A DNA stretch of 64,000 bases from Bradymonadia bacterium (GCA_049889275.1 JBMHDS010000085.1:153470-217469); one strand, 5' to 3'; counted from the stretch's first letter, positions 47,616 to 58,665 are shown. A program made the numbers and translations. The notes: generated from the letters alone by a model not told the origin.

Positions 47616-48656
47616 CTATTTCTTGTCGGCGGACGTACCTTCGGCTGGCTTCGCTTCCTGGCCTGGAGGGATTCGCTTGCAAGCGCACTCGGTGACAGCA
47701 ACCTGACGCTTGCTCGCCTCTTGGTAGTGCTTTTCACACGGACCGTTCTCTGGGAATTGGAGCTCTTCCTTTTGTTCCGCGTCGTACAAGAACCAGTATT
47801 CACACGGCGCAGCAAAGAGCTCGGCATTTTTCACGAACTTATATTCGCCGCTCGTGCCGTCTTTGGTCCAGATGTGCTTACCGCCAACCACATAGCTATA
47901 AGGCAGGTAGCCCTCGCGCTCGACCGTGATCATGTACACCTTTGAAATATCCAGGTTTAAGATATTCATTGGTGTCAGCCTCGGCTGTTTGATGCCATTC
48001 GCCTTGCTCGCCGCTGCTACAGCAGCTTCACCGGCGCTCTTGGTCTCACCTTGATTAAGGTCTACCTCACTCGCCGCACCCGACGCATCCATTACGCGCA
48101 TCGTAACCGAGGCCCGATCCGGCGTACTCTCGACGCGCAGAACCCCATAGCTCTTTTGCTTTTTAGCCTGTAGCCGCGTGTGATTTTCTTCGAGTGCCAC
48201 TCGCTTGAGTCGTTTGCGTTCAAGTGTCAGGTCGGATGCTTCGTAATCGTACTGCACCATACCGATGCCTGTGACACCTACGAGCAAAACCAGAAGAACA
48301 AGATTCACGAAAGCACGACCGCGCCCGCCTGAGGCGTCGCTTAGGTCAATGTCATCGCTGGGCCGCGTGAGCATACGGGTCACGCTGCCGTGGTCTTTCT
48401 CCACAGGCCAATACTCAAACGTCTCACCGCTTGAGGCTTTTGCGGAGGACTCAATCGTTGTTGCCTCTTCGGCCTTGTCCGAAGCTGCCTCAGCAGCGAC
48501 TGCGTCCGTTTGCTCTTCCGAAGCGTCTGCTTCAGTGGTTACGGTCGCATTTTCCTCTTCATGATTTTGCTTGTCGTCAGTCATTATCGTTCCATTGCTG
48601 GTGTAGCGCGAATACCACGATGAGCGGAGTATCCGAGATCTTTCGTCAAGGTGCAA
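47616..48656 (-). CDS. Membrane-anchored hypothetical protein with acidic N-terminus and PEGA-like segment
   Basis: Single TM (FVNLVLLVLLVGVTGIG); VESTPDRASVTMRV PEGA-like motif; start uncertain (internal ATG at 48584 possible). Confidence 0.4.
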   Translation of the reverse strand: MHLDERSRILRSSWYSRYTSNGTIMTDDKQNHEEENATVTTEADASEEQTDAVAAEAASDKAEEATTIESSAKASSGETFEYWPVEKDHGSVTRMLTRPSDDIDLSDASGGRGRAFVNLVLLVLLVGVTGIGMVQYDYEASDLTLERKRLKRVALEENHTRLQAKKQKSYGVLRVESTPDRASVTMRVMDASGAASEVDLNQGETKSAGEAAVAAASKANGIKQPRLTPMNILNLDISKVYMITVEREGYLPYSYVVGGKHIWTKDGTSGEYKFVKNAELFAAPCEYWFLYDAEQKEELQFPENGPCEKHYQEASKRQVAVTECACKRIPPGQEAKPAEGTSADKK

Positions 48657-48861
48657 TAACGAGTTTCAAAGATTGCAACAAGTGCGGCAATTTGCACCGC
48701 GCCACGCTTAAATAAGCATTCGGATCTGAAACAAGAGCAATGAATACATGTCTAGGGATGAGAGCGGTCTGTCTCCTTGACGCTCACTCGCTTGTCTCGT
48801 AGATTGTGAAGGAGCGCTTTCAATTATAGAACAAACTGTAGACACATCCGATCGAAGCACC

Positions 48862-49806
48862 ATGACCTCCGAGAACAAAGGTAACAAAGATTTGGTGTCC
48901 TTGAGCGAGCTTAAGGATATCACGGAAGAAGCCGGAGCGCAGGCCAAGCGAACGGCCAGCGCCCCGAAACAGCGTCGCACGTCATCATTTATCGATGACG
49001 CCGACTCGTTGTTGGCGGATATTCGCTCCGAGGTCGACCTTGCCGTGACAACAGGAGCAGCTGCACTCAAAGACCGTAAGACGGCGAATATGGAGGCCTT
49101 AGAACTCCAGCGACGCGAAGCAGAACTGAAGCAACAGGCGGAGGTTGAGGCACAGTTAGCTGCTGAGGCTGCTCGGCAACAGGCTGCCGCGGACGAGCGA
49201 GAATATCGCAGACGCACTCTGTCAGGTGACCCGCATCCGGAAGAAGTGGCCGCTGCTGCCGCACTTGAAGCTGAACAGGCTCGACAAGCAGCGTTGGCGG
49301 CTCAAGCGGCGGCACAGGTGCAAACGCCTGTCAATGAACCGGAGCCCCCTAAAAAGCGTGGAGCGGGCTTTTATGTCGCGATCGTCGGCGCACTGCTCGG
49401 CCTGCTCGGCGCAGCGGCGTTCTTCGTATCCGGAGAGCAGCCGAAACCACAGCCGACTCCCGTTGTGAAGACACAGGCAGAGAAAGCGCCTAATCGACAG
49501 ATCGGCGGCGCCTCAACAACAAAGACAGAAAAGCCAAAGACGGTAGCCGAGACAGCAAAAACAAAACCCGTCGGTATCGATGACCCCAAAGCTGCCGCTG
49601 ATAAACCGAATCAAGCTCAACAAGCGGAAAGTGCTGTCACTCGTCAGCCAAAGACAAAGAAACCGGCACGTACCAAATCGAAGAGTCGCAGCCGCTCGAC
49701 ATCATCCAAGAAAGCCGCTCGAAAGAAGGTCCGCTCGCGGCCCACAAAGGCGAAGAAGCCAAAGCCCAAAAAGAAGAAGCTCAAACTCAACCTGGGCGGT
49801 TTCTAA
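48862..49806 (+). CDS. Hypothetical coiled-coil / Ala-rich membrane protein with Lys-rich C-terminus
   Basis: Central TM (FYVAIVGALLGLLGAAAFFV); EAQ/AAQ repeats; C-terminal basic tail. Confidence 0.45.
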   Translation: MTSENKGNKDLVSLSELKDITEEAGAQAKRTASAPKQRRTSSFIDDADSLLADIRSEVDLAVTTGAAALKDRKTANMEALELQRREAELKQQAEVEAQLAAEAARQQAAADEREYRRRTLSGDPHPEEVAAAAALEAEQARQAALAAQAAAQVQTPVNEPEPPKKRGAGFYVAIVGALLGLLGAAAFFVSGEQPKPQPTPVVKTQAEKAPNRQIGGASTTKTEKPKTVAETAKTKPVGIDDPKAAADKPNQAQQAESAVTRQPKTKKPARTKSKSRSRSTSSKKAARKKVRSRPTKAKKPKPKKKKLKLNLGGF

Positions 49807-51719
49807 GTGCTTGGGCTGGCGCTGGTTCTGCGCTCTTCTAGTTCGGCCCATCGTTCATATTTAGCTGAGATGGCAAGTTGCAGGGACTCCAACTGCGCGG
49901 TGAGTTGTTTGACCTCGCCAGGATCACGTCGGTATAGCTCAGGGTCCGCTAACCTCGCCTCCAGAACCCCTTGCTCTTTTTCGAGTTTCTCCAAAGTCTC
50001 AGGCAGTTCAGCGAGCTCTCGCTTCTCTGCATAACTCAACTTGAATTCCGACTTTTTCGGTTGATTTTGTTTCTGCTTTGGTGGGTTTGCCTCAATTAAG
50101 CTATCGGTTTCCGACAACTGCGCCGTGGGCCGCTGCTGCAGCCAGTCTGCATACCCACCCGCATACCGCCGAAAAATACCATCCGAATCATATGCGAGGG
50201 TACTCGTCACCACATTATCGAGGAAAGCGCGGTCGTGACTCACGAGCAATACCGTCCCTTGGTAATCAAGAAGGACAGCTTCCAGGAGTTCAAGCGACTC
50301 TGCGTCCAAGTCGTTGGTTGGCTCATCGAGAATCAGCACGTTCGAGGATTTTTTGAACAATCGAGCCAGTAACAAGCGGTTGCGTTCACCACCGGAGAGC
50401 ACACGCACAGGTGACCGAGCACGTAATGGCGAAAACAAAAAGTCCTTGAGATATCCAATAACGTGACGCGGCTTACCACCCACAACGACCGTATCGTTAC
50501 CGTCTGCGATATTTTCAGAGACCGTAGCATCAAGATCAAGCTGACCTCTGAGCTGGTCAAAGTAGAGCAGTTCAAGCTTTGTCCCAAGACGAACCCGTCC
50601 CCCCTGAGGGTCTAACTGCCCCAAGATCAACTTGAGCAGCGTGCTCTTACCACAGCCATTAGGGCCCACAATTCCAATACGATCGCCCCGCTGAATACGA
50701 ATCGAAAAGTCCTTTACAATCGTCTTGTCTGGCCACGCAAAAGAGACATTGTTCGCAACGACGACATCACGCCCAGACAGTTGTCCCTGCGATGCCTCAA
50801 GCTTCATGGTCCCAATCCGCTCTCGTCTTGATGCTCTTTCTTTGCGCAATCGGGCAAGCGCACGGACGCGGCCTTCGTTTCGTGTCCGACGGGCCTTTAT
50901 ACCCTGCCGAATCCATGCCTCTTCTTCAGCTAGGTGTTTGTCAAAACGACGCCATTCATTTTCTTCAGCCTCCATCGCAGCATGCTTTCGCGACTTATAG
51001 GTTTCAAAATCGCCTGGCCAACTGGTCAGACGACCGCGATCCAAATCCACTATGCGGGTTGCCACGCGCTGAAGAAATTGCCGGTCGTGGGTCACAAACA
51101 GTATCGCGCCCTGAAAATGCACCAAAGTCTCCTCGAGCCATTCGATCGAATCGATATCGAGGTGATTAGTAGGCTCATCGAGCATCAATAGCTGCGGTTG
51201 TTTGAAAAGCGCCTGAGCGATGAGCACTCGCCTCTTCATGCCACCAGAAAGCGAGTCAAAAGGCTGCGTCCCATCGAGCTTAAATCGCTTTAGGGCGTTG
51301 TCGACATGCCGCGCGACATCCCAGCCATTCGCCTCGTCAATCTGGGTTTGTAATGCTTCTAGGCGTTCGTACATATCGGGCGTTGAATGCTCATTGAGTT
51401 GCCCCGCGAGGGTCTCATATGCTCGTACGAGTTGGAGCGTTCGGGAGCACGCCTGCTCCAATAAATCGCGCACGCACCCAGCTGTGCCTTCGGGTACATC
51501 CTGTGGCACATAAGCGATCTCGGCATCTGGCTTGCGCCAAACTTCACCCTCGTCAGGCTTGAGCGTGCCGAGCAGAAGACGCATCAGCGTGGACTTACCC
51601 TGGCCATTGCGGCCGACGAGGCACACGCGCTCACCGGTCTCGATCACTAATTCGGCGCCGTCAAAAATAGGCTCAGCGCCAAACGATAAGTTGATATTTT
51701 TGAGACGAACGATGGCCAT
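49803..51719 (-). CDS. uup: ABC-F family ATPase (Uup-like)
   Basis: Two ABC cassettes (GRNGQGKST / GPNGCGKST; LSGGMKRR / LSGGERNR) without TM domains; C-terminal coiled-coil; start set at MAIVRLKN, which matches the Uup N-terminus. Confidence 0.88.
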   Translation of the reverse strand: MAIVRLKNINLSFGAEPIFDGAELVIETGERVCLVGRNGQGKSTLMRLLLGTLKPDEGEVWRKPDAEIAYVPQDVPEGTAGCVRDLLEQACSRTLQLVRAYETLAGQLNEHSTPDMYERLEALQTQIDEANGWDVARHVDNALKRFKLDGTQPFDSLSGGMKRRVLIAQALFKQPQLLMLDEPTNHLDIDSIEWLEETLVHFQGAILFVTHDRQFLQRVATRIVDLDRGRLTSWPGDFETYKSRKHAAMEAEENEWRRFDKHLAEEEAWIRQGIKARRTRNEGRVRALARLRKERASRRERIGTMKLEASQGQLSGRDVVVANNVSFAWPDKTIVKDFSIRIQRGDRIGIVGPNGCGKSTLLKLILGQLDPQGGRVRLGTKLELLYFDQLRGQLDLDATVSENIADGNDTVVVGGKPRHVIGYLKDFLFSPLRARSPVRVLSGGERNRLLLARLFKKSSNVLILDEPTNDLDAESLELLEAVLLDYQGTVLLVSHDRAFLDNVVTSTLAYDSDGIFRRYAGGYADWLQQRPTAQLSETDSLIEANPPKQKQNQPKKSEFKLSYAEKRELAELPETLEKLEKEQGVLEARLADPELYRRDPGEVKQLTAQLESLQLAISAKYERWAELEERRTSASPST

Positions 51720-51829
51720 GAATTGGCAAATACGAGATCGGAGCTCAAATGCCCAGGTAAAAAATAGGAATGACGGTTGTTTAGTGGCTGGTGCCACAAC
51801 GGGTGATGCGCATCGGCGAGTTCTTCGCC

Positions 51830-53050
51830 CTAACGCAAAACCCTTAAGACCGTATCTATGTCGAAGGCCGCCTGCGTCTGCACGGCTTGGACAGGCGTCT
51901 CAGCGATCGCCTGTGCTGCCTCTTCTGCGACCTTAGTCGCTTCAGTTGCGTCTGCAAGTCGCGGCACAGCGGTTCTGAGCGACACCTTGTCCAAAATGTC
52001 TCGGCTCCTCTGCTTCGCCTCCTGAGCCAACTGAGCCACGCTCTCATCGACCGTGGCAGTGAGCGCCTGAGCGCTGTCGATAGCACGCTTCGTTGCCTGT
52101 TTCTCTGCTTCGCTGCCGAGGCGGATATCTCTCGGATCGAGCAGGGTTGGCTTGTTTTCAATGACCGGTTCCCTCGCCGACTCGGATTGTACCTCCGGCT
52201 CCACTCGAGGGCTGGGTACAATGCTCAGCGTTGATTTTGGCACTACAGGGACCTCGGTCAGATCATCTTTCCGCACCTTCGCTGCTGCGTCGCGCCTGTT
52301 CAAGTCAAGCTGCCGCCGCCTAGCGCCTTGGTCAGCTAACGCCTCTTTGAGCTTCTGCTCAGCAGCAACAACTGCCTGCGCCGCTTTCTTGGCCTTCGCC
52401 TCATCTTCGGTGGCAACAAAGGCTGCAGCGTCATCGAGGTCTCTTTGAAGTTCCAGCATGATGACTTCGGCGTCACTCGACACGCCAAGTATTTCTGCGA
52501 TCGCAGAGAGGTCACTTGCACTCGCAGCCTCGGCCTTTCGATCATCGGCGAGCTGCTGCAGCTGGGCTTGCTTGGCAGACTTCGCTTCTATCGCAGCCTG
52601 CTCAGTCTTCTCGAATCGTGCTCGCGCTGCCTGCCGCTCTCCGTCCAAGCGTTGGTCATTTTCTACACGCACTTGACGTTCTTCCGCGAGCTCTGCACGC
52701 CGCGCTTTGCTCTCCGCAATCTGTCCAAAAACGCTGGCCATATTGTAGGTTTCTAGAACGACCTCTTTCTGAGTTTTCTGCGAGTCGAGCGTCGCTTTGT
52801 CGACACGTTCAAGCTCAAGCGACCGTTTCTCAGCCGCCTGCACTTTCTCTTTCGCAGTTTCTTCGACGGCCAAAAAGTCAGGCCGCCCCGTCTCTTCTGC
52901 GACCCGCTCGGGCGCACTGGTGTCGACAGTTTCTTGTTTTTTCATCTGAGCAGCCTTGGTCTGCTCAGCGAGGACTCTCTTTTGCGCAGCTACATCGATG
53001 TTAGCTTGCGTCTTGGAGACTTGCGTAGCCATGCGTTTCTCCGAAATCAC
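51830..53050 (-). CDS. Hypothetical coiled-coil protein (Ala/Glu/Lys/Gln-rich)
   Basis: ORF with strongly helical, charged composition; no domain recognised. Confidence 0.4.
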   Translation of the reverse strand: MISEKRMATQVSKTQANIDVAAQKRVLAEQTKAAQMKKQETVDTSAPERVAEETGRPDFLAVEETAKEKVQAAEKRSLELERVDKATLDSQKTQKEVVLETYNMASVFGQIAESKARRAELAEERQVRVENDQRLDGERQAARARFEKTEQAAIEAKSAKQAQLQQLADDRKAEAASASDLSAIAEILGVSSDAEVIMLELQRDLDDAAAFVATEDEAKAKKAAQAVVAAEQKLKEALADQGARRRQLDLNRRDAAAKVRKDDLTEVPVVPKSTLSIVPSPRVEPEVQSESAREPVIENKPTLLDPRDIRLGSEAEKQATKRAIDSAQALTATVDESVAQLAQEAKQRSRDILDKVSLRTAVPRLADATEATKVAEEAAQAIAETPVQAVQTQAAFDIDTVLRVLR

Positions 53051-53258
53051 CTATCCGTGTGACTCAATTGCCCGCAATTCTAGTCAAAGACTGCTCGGAT
53101 CTCAAGCCTATGGTGGGAATTTCCAATCCACGCACATGCTTATGGCAATTCAATCAAAGCAACAATCTATGTCTCGTGTGTGGCGCTGTAACACATGGTT
53201 CTAAGTCATCGATGAGACGAATTGACTCCACAATATCAGCCAGGCAGCGACCAAAATA

Positions 53259-54383
53259 CTAGCGGCCTTTGATACACCTCACGACAACAAAGCGAGGGTG
53301 CTTTGAGAGCGTATCAACGCTCCCAAACAAACGACGCAGGGGCCTTAAGTAGCTGAGATGTCGATTGAACACGACGTACAGCTCGCCGTCGGTAACTAAG
53401 CATCGGTGTGCATCTCTGAACATACGTTGAGCCGTCCCGGTCTCAATCGCATGCCCCCGATGAAAAGGTGGATTGCAGAGGATTAAGTCGTATCTCTCAT
53501 TCATACATCCAGTGAGACAGTCGTTAGAAATGAACCGTGCCCTGCTCTCGTCAAGGCCATTCGCGAGCCAGTTTGCCTCTGCCATACGAACCGCCGCAAA
53601 GGAATCATCGACGAAATCAACGCTGCTTGTTTTTACCAGAGACGCATAAACGAGACCGAGGGGGCCCGCGCCACAGCCGAGGTCACACACCGAGGAGTGA
53701 CCATGTATGGGCAGATGCTTCAACATGACTGCGCTACCGGGATCGAGCCCCGTGGATGCAAAAACCGAAGGTGACGTCGAAACTGTCAGCTTCGTTCCCG
53801 GAATCGTGTATTCTTTTTGGCGAGTTGCTGACCCTCCAGAGGGGGCTTTTAGCTTCCCGGTGACCAATCGCGCCTTACCGACCGCCCGATGCACCTCGAC
53901 AGACGCCAAGGAGTGCTCGAGCACGTCATAAACAGAGCGAGTGATGTACTTGTTCATGCCACCAAACGTCACGCGAACACCTTGACCGTAACGAGTCGCC
54001 AAGATGCTCAGCTGCTCGGTCAGCAAGTTATGATTCTTTGGCAATTTAATGACGACATCCTGAACACCCGCGGGCGCTTCGGCCAGCTCACGTACAACCG
54101 TAAAGCTTCCAGGTTCGACGCCATTATTCTGAGCGTTTTGTTGAATCGCAGTGCGACAAAGGTGGCTATCCACCACAGAGATCGGCTGTCGATAATGTAA
54201 GGCTAGGGTCAGAGCACCAAACATCTCGTTTAGTAAGAGAAGGCGACCATCACGCCCTGGTAAAGACTGCAGATGCTCGCTGATGAGCTGATCTGCGCGG
54301 TCCCAAGCCATCAAATTGCCACCATCCTGGCCATCGTAGCGTTTCAAAACATAATCACGTAGATGCCGCCTGATTGATTTCAT
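53259..54383 (-). CDS. rRNA (guanine-N2)-methyltransferase, RlmG/RsmC family
   Basis: SAM motif DLGCGAGPLG and catalytic LILCNPPFH (NPPF) motif; two-domain size (374 aa). Confidence 0.8.
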   Translation of the reverse strand: MKSIRRHLRDYVLKRYDGQDGGNLMAWDRADQLISEHLQSLPGRDGRLLLLNEMFGALTLALHYRQPISVVDSHLCRTAIQQNAQNNGVEPGSFTVVRELAEAPAGVQDVVIKLPKNHNLLTEQLSILATRYGQGVRVTFGGMNKYITRSVYDVLEHSLASVEVHRAVGKARLVTGKLKAPSGGSATRQKEYTIPGTKLTVSTSPSVFASTGLDPGSAVMLKHLPIHGHSSVCDLGCGAGPLGLVYASLVKTSSVDFVDDSFAAVRMAEANWLANGLDESRARFISNDCLTGCMNERYDLILCNPPFHRGHAIETGTAQRMFRDAHRCLVTDGELYVVFNRHLSYLRPLRRLFGSVDTLSKHPRFVVVRCIKGR

Positions 54384-54575
54384 AGCGCTCGCTCTCTCAC
54401 TGGCTCAAAACTGTGACGCCTGACATTAAGTACCTCATCTTGTCATCACCCCTGTAATCAGGCCGACCAGCCTCTACCACGCACATTTTTCCACGACCAA
54501 TTCGAATCGCATCACAGCGCAACGCTTACCTGACTGCACGTAAAACTATTGGATTAGACATTTCTTCATCGACGG

Positions 54576-56312
54576 CTAACGGTCATCCAGACAGAAACCA
54601 TATGCCCAAGCGTCGTCTTGGTAACAACGACCTGTTGGACACGGTGTCATGCCCGTTCGACAGAGTCGCACACATCGCTTGTCTCCGCCGATTTCAATAC
54701 AGAGGTCTTGCTCCCGACAGTCATCGCTGGTGACACAACGACCGCCGGTGGAGACCGCCCCTCGCCTGCGACATTGGCCCATCGACGTCCATAAAGTGTG
54801 TGGTTCACATACCCCCGGCGTACATGCTGTCACGCCAATTTCACAATCGCTGGCCAAACATAACGCCAAATCATAACCAGATTGGTCCTGATCAGAGTTT
54901 GGCCTTGCGACTCTCGCGCAAGCTTGTCCGACCGGACAAAACTGCCCATTCGGCCTGCACACTGCGCGACATGTCCCCTGTCCTGGCGTGGGATAGATAG
55001 GCACGAGTGGATCATCGGGATCATCCCAGCAGAGTGTCCCCGCTTCACAACGAAAGGCCACACTATCGAGGTCTCGCCCAACACGCTGTGCATCACAGCC
55101 CTCGCCCAGCATCGCTAAGCCACCTTCTCGACAATATCCACCGTGATGCGATGCAGCGACCGACAAGGTCGGCAGGCACGTGCCAAGATGACCCGATGCC
55201 TGACTAAATCTGCATACATCATACATCTCGAGTGGGTCGTCTTGTGCACACCCAACAGGGAGGCAAGCGCCCCATTGTAGGTCACAAGTTCGATTGAGCG
55301 GACAATCGGTGTCGTTTCTGCATACAACAGCACAGATGTTGCGCGTGCCATCTATGGGTGTACAACGTTGTCCTTGCGCGCAGTCATCGACGCTTTGACA
55401 GTGAACACTTTCGCCCCGAATACAACGCCCATCAAAGCAGGTGTCCGTCGGATTGCAGTGATAGTCTGAAACACACGAACCATTTCGCCTAACGCAGCGC
55501 CCGGAAACACATGACTCGCCCACACGGCAAGGGTAAGGACAGGGAACATTCGAGCGACTACAATGGCCTGAATCTTCATCACACAGGCCCTGCCCGGGGC
55601 AGCCTTGCAGGCGGCAATCACGTTCGCAATAACCTGAATTAGAGTTGTCCGACATCACGCAAAATGAGTCGGCTTCACACTGCTCTGTTCCACGACAACG
55701 TCTTCTGCATTCCCCCACTTCGTCGTTCATGGCGCATACGCCTTCATCGCAGGCTTCGTCGGTCGCGCATGAGACGCGACAGATCCCGAAGGATGGGCGA
55801 GACGAACCCGCACTCCATTCACAATAGCCAACCTGGCAATCCAAAGTCGTCAAGCAGGTCCCACCAGGTCGACCAAAGTTGCGCGGCACACACATCCTCA
55901 GCGGCCCATAACAGCGCTCTCGAATTCCACAAACGATGTCTTCGCAAGCCTCGATAGCGGCGTCCAAAGACCCTATATCATAACCCAAATCTCGAACACC
56001 GGCCTCTTCACTGAGTACCGCAATATCTCCGTTGCGCGTGTCCATCGGCACGCTCGCATCCGTAGGGGTAAGCCCGCATTCAGTATGTCTCTGCTCAACG
56101 GTGCCATCGGTGCAATAGCCTTGTTTGCACACACCTTGCCGGCTAATTCCACCTGGAATCGCGAGGCCGCAGCAAACGCCTTGTAAACCGTTTTCCAATT
56201 CGCATTTAGGCGGACCCGAATCATCGCAACTCAAAAGGCTGATACACGCGAGAGAAACAAACGTACGCGCGCGACAAATCTGTCCGAATCCACTTGTCAT
56301 TATCTCCCTCAT
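54576..56312 (-). CDS. Cys-rich secreted lipoprotein (hypothetical; about 70 Cys)
   Basis: Signal peptide with LACISLLSCDD lipobox; repeated CxxGxC / CxxDxDC patterns as in myxobacterial Cys-rich repeat proteins. Confidence 0.55.
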   Translation of the reverse strand: MREIMTSGFGQICRARTFVSLACISLLSCDDSGPPKCELENGLQGVCCGLAIPGGISRQGVCKQGYCTDGTVEQRHTECGLTPTDASVPMDTRNGDIAVLSEEAGVRDLGYDIGSLDAAIEACEDIVCGIRERCYGPLRMCVPRNFGRPGGTCLTTLDCQVGYCEWSAGSSRPSFGICRVSCATDEACDEGVCAMNDEVGECRRRCRGTEQCEADSFCVMSDNSNSGYCERDCRLQGCPGQGLCDEDSGHCSRSNVPCPYPCRVGESCVSGRCVRRNGSCVSDYHCNPTDTCFDGRCIRGESVHCQSVDDCAQGQRCTPIDGTRNICAVVCRNDTDCPLNRTCDLQWGACLPVGCAQDDPLEMYDVCRFSQASGHLGTCLPTLSVAASHHGGYCREGGLAMLGEGCDAQRVGRDLDSVAFRCEAGTLCWDDPDDPLVPIYPTPGQGTCRAVCRPNGQFCPVGQACARVARPNSDQDQSGYDLALCLASDCEIGVTACTPGVCEPHTLWTSMGQCRRRGAVSTGGRCVTSDDCREQDLCIEIGGDKRCVRLCRTGMTPCPTGRCYQDDAWAYGFCLDDR

Positions 56313-56334
56313 TTGTTTCAGCCGCGCGCTGCGG

Positions 56335-56363
56335 TTGACGTGCGCCGAGTCGGTCCCTATTGT
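56335..56363 (+). promoter_or_regulatory. Sigma-70-like promoter candidate for asd (TTGACG-17-TATTGT)
   Basis: -35 TTGACG at 56335-56340, 17-nt spacer, -10 TATTGT at 56358-56363; about 48 nt upstream of the asd start. Confidence 0.4.
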
Positions 56364-56410
56364 AGCGCGCGTCGCGCCTCTGGTGCATTCGAATTCAGGA
56401 AGTTAGCACG

Positions 56411-57427
56411 ATGAACAAAGCAGATCTAACCGTCGCGGTCGTAGGTGCCACAGGCGCCGTTGGCGAAGAGATGATTCAAGTCCTAAGCGAAAGACGATTT
56501 CCGGTTAAACAATTGGTGCCCCTGGCATCCAAGCGCACGGCCGGCACCACCATCGAGTGGCGTGGTGATGACGTGGTTGTCCAGGAACTGAATGATGACT
56601 CTTTCGAAGGCGTCGATGTCGCACTGTTCTCAGCCGGCGCTGAGGTCAGTTTACAATATGGACCTATCGCCGCAGCTGCGGGCGCGGTCGTGATCGATAA
56701 CAGCCGTGCATTTCGTATGGATCCTGAGGTCCCTCTGGTGGTGCCAGAGGTCAATCCCGACGCGCTCAATGAAAAAGCGATGATCATTGCGAACCCGAAC
56801 TGTTCAACCATTCAAAAGGTCGCGGCTCTTCAGCCATTGCATGCGGTCGCAGGCCTTAAGCGAGTGGTTGTAAGCACCTACCAATCCGCGTCCGGCGCGG
56901 GCCGCGAAGCCATGGACGAACTACGCGACCAAACCACCGCTCTTCTCGGCTTTCGCGAGGTCAAGACCAAACACTTCGCGCGCCGGTTGGCCTTCGACAC
57001 GATCCCTCAAATCGATCGATTCGAGGATGACGGCTTTACCCGCGAAGAACACAAAATGATCTTCGAGACGCGCAAAATTATGGCAAAGCCTGAACTCCCA
57101 GTGTGTGCCACCTGCGTGCGCGTACCCGTGTTTGTCGGTCATGCGATGTCCATCAATGCCGAATTTGAAAACGAAATCAGCGTGGAGTCAGCCGTGGAAG
57201 CCCTCCGCAAGGCACCTGGGATCATTTTGAAGGATGAGCAGGCTGAGTTCCCAACGGCGGCGGACGCTGCAGGTCAAGACGAAGTGTTTGTAGGCCGACT
57301 GCGAACCGACCCTTCTGTAGCCCACGGTCTGGTATTTTGGGTGGTGGCTGACAACCTGCGTAAAGGTGCTGCAACCAATGCAGTCCAAATCGCTGAATGT
57401 CTTCTAGAGAAAGGCCACCTCAACTGA
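56411..57427 (+). CDS. asd: Aspartate-semialdehyde dehydrogenase
   Basis: VAVVGATGAVG NAD(P)-binding motif, active-site NPNCSTI, 338 aa. Confidence 0.95.
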   Translation: MNKADLTVAVVGATGAVGEEMIQVLSERRFPVKQLVPLASKRTAGTTIEWRGDDVVVQELNDDSFEGVDVALFSAGAEVSLQYGPIAAAAGAVVIDNSRAFRMDPEVPLVVPEVNPDALNEKAMIIANPNCSTIQKVAALQPLHAVAGLKRVVVSTYQSASGAGREAMDELRDQTTALLGFREVKTKHFARRLAFDTIPQIDRFEDDGFTREEHKMIFETRKIMAKPELPVCATCVRVPVFVGHAMSINAEFENEISVESAVEALRKAPGIILKDEQAEFPTAADAAGQDEVFVGRLRTDPSVAHGLVFWVVADNLRKGAATNAVQIAECLLEKGHLN

Positions 57428-57627
57428 TCGCGACCCCGCCTCAGAGTTTGAGTTTCCTGTGCCAATTTGTCCTTAGATAGAACAAGGCCTGCCAACCTGA
57501 CACACCGAGCGATGGCATCGTCAGCTCCATTGAGCGAGAATCTGCCTGATGAACGTCATCGCAAATTTGGTACGATTCGTGTAAGGAACGTGGTGTAGCT
57601 AAGATGTCCGATGCGTTTGGAGTAAAA

Positions 57628-58665
57628 ATGAGTCTAAAAACCTTCGCTGCGGTCTTGTGTGCAACCGTCGGTTTCTGCGCAACCGCGATCGCCCAACCAA
57701 CCATCGCGTTTGGCACCGAACCGGCGCCGATTGGCTTAAATGACTGCGCCGATCGCCTGAACGACGTGATTACGCTGACCGGAGCCGCCAACGTTGATTC
57801 GGACAACGGCTTCGTTATGCGTTTGGTCATGTTCAATGCTGAAGACTCAACGTCGGCCGACGAGTGTCTCGACATGGTGACCGGATGTCCGCAAACGTAC
57901 ATCACTGAGACAGCAGCTTGTGGCTGTATCGCAGAGGGCGATGAAGAGCAGCAGACGTTGAATTCAACGTTGAATAGCGGTATCGCCGGCCTTAACCCCG
58001 CTGGTACCACCGCTGACAACGAGCTGGTCAACTTCTTGTGCGCGAGTGACGGAACAATTCAGTTTAGAGCAGATATACGCGGCGTCGAACCCGCAGACGG
58101 CAGCATGGCCGTTGCTGAACAAGACGCTGAGTCAGATACCATCTCGATGGTCATCGATATCACGCCACCGCCTGCCCTGTCAGTGGACCCGACGGTTACG
58201 GCTGCCGAAAATGCCTTAGTCGTGACAATCGACAACGCCGACCGCGGTGTCGAAGATATTGAAGCACATGAGGTCTGTGTTCAAATCGCGGGCACCAATG
58301 CGAGTACTGAATCAGCCAGTAATGACTTAGATGCCTTGAGAAATGGATTTTCTGCATCTGGATGCAAGCGCACCACACAGCTCAAGAATGGCGACGAATA
58401 CCGATACGAAAACTTAAACAACGATGTTGAATACGCACTCATTGTCGCAGCGTTCGACGCCGCGGGAAACCGAAGCGAAAACAGTACAATCATTAAAGCG
58501 TCGCCCTCTGATTTAATGGACTTCGCTGAGCTGTATACGGCCCGTCTCGGCGGTGCGGTTGGAGAGACAGGTGGCTGCAACGCCTTCGGCGAAAGCACAA
58601 CCCAGTGGCTTCTCGGCCTGCTCCTCTTAGGCGGCGCTTTCATCCGGCGGAGACCATCCAAATGA
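57628..58665 (+). CDS. Secreted protein with MYXO-CTERM-like C-terminal sorting tail
   Basis: Start set at MSLKTF (GGAG RBS); signal peptide; C-terminus ...GGCNAFG...WLLGLLLLGGAFIRRRPSK (Cys, hydrophobic helix, RRR), resembling the MYXO-CTERM tripartite tail. Confidence 0.6.
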   Translation: MSLKTFAAVLCATVGFCATAIAQPTIAFGTEPAPIGLNDCADRLNDVITLTGAANVDSDNGFVMRLVMFNAEDSTSADECLDMVTGCPQTYITETAACGCIAEGDEEQQTLNSTLNSGIAGLNPAGTTADNELVNFLCASDGTIQFRADIRGVEPADGSMAVAEQDAESDTISMVIDITPPPALSVDPTVTAAENALVVTIDNADRGVEDIEAHEVCVQIAGTNASTESASNDLDALRNGFSASGCKRTTQLKNGDEYRYENLNNDVEYALIVAAFDAAGNRSENSTIIKASPSDLMDFAELYTARLGGAVGETGGCNAFGESTTQWLLGLLLLGGAFIRRRPSK

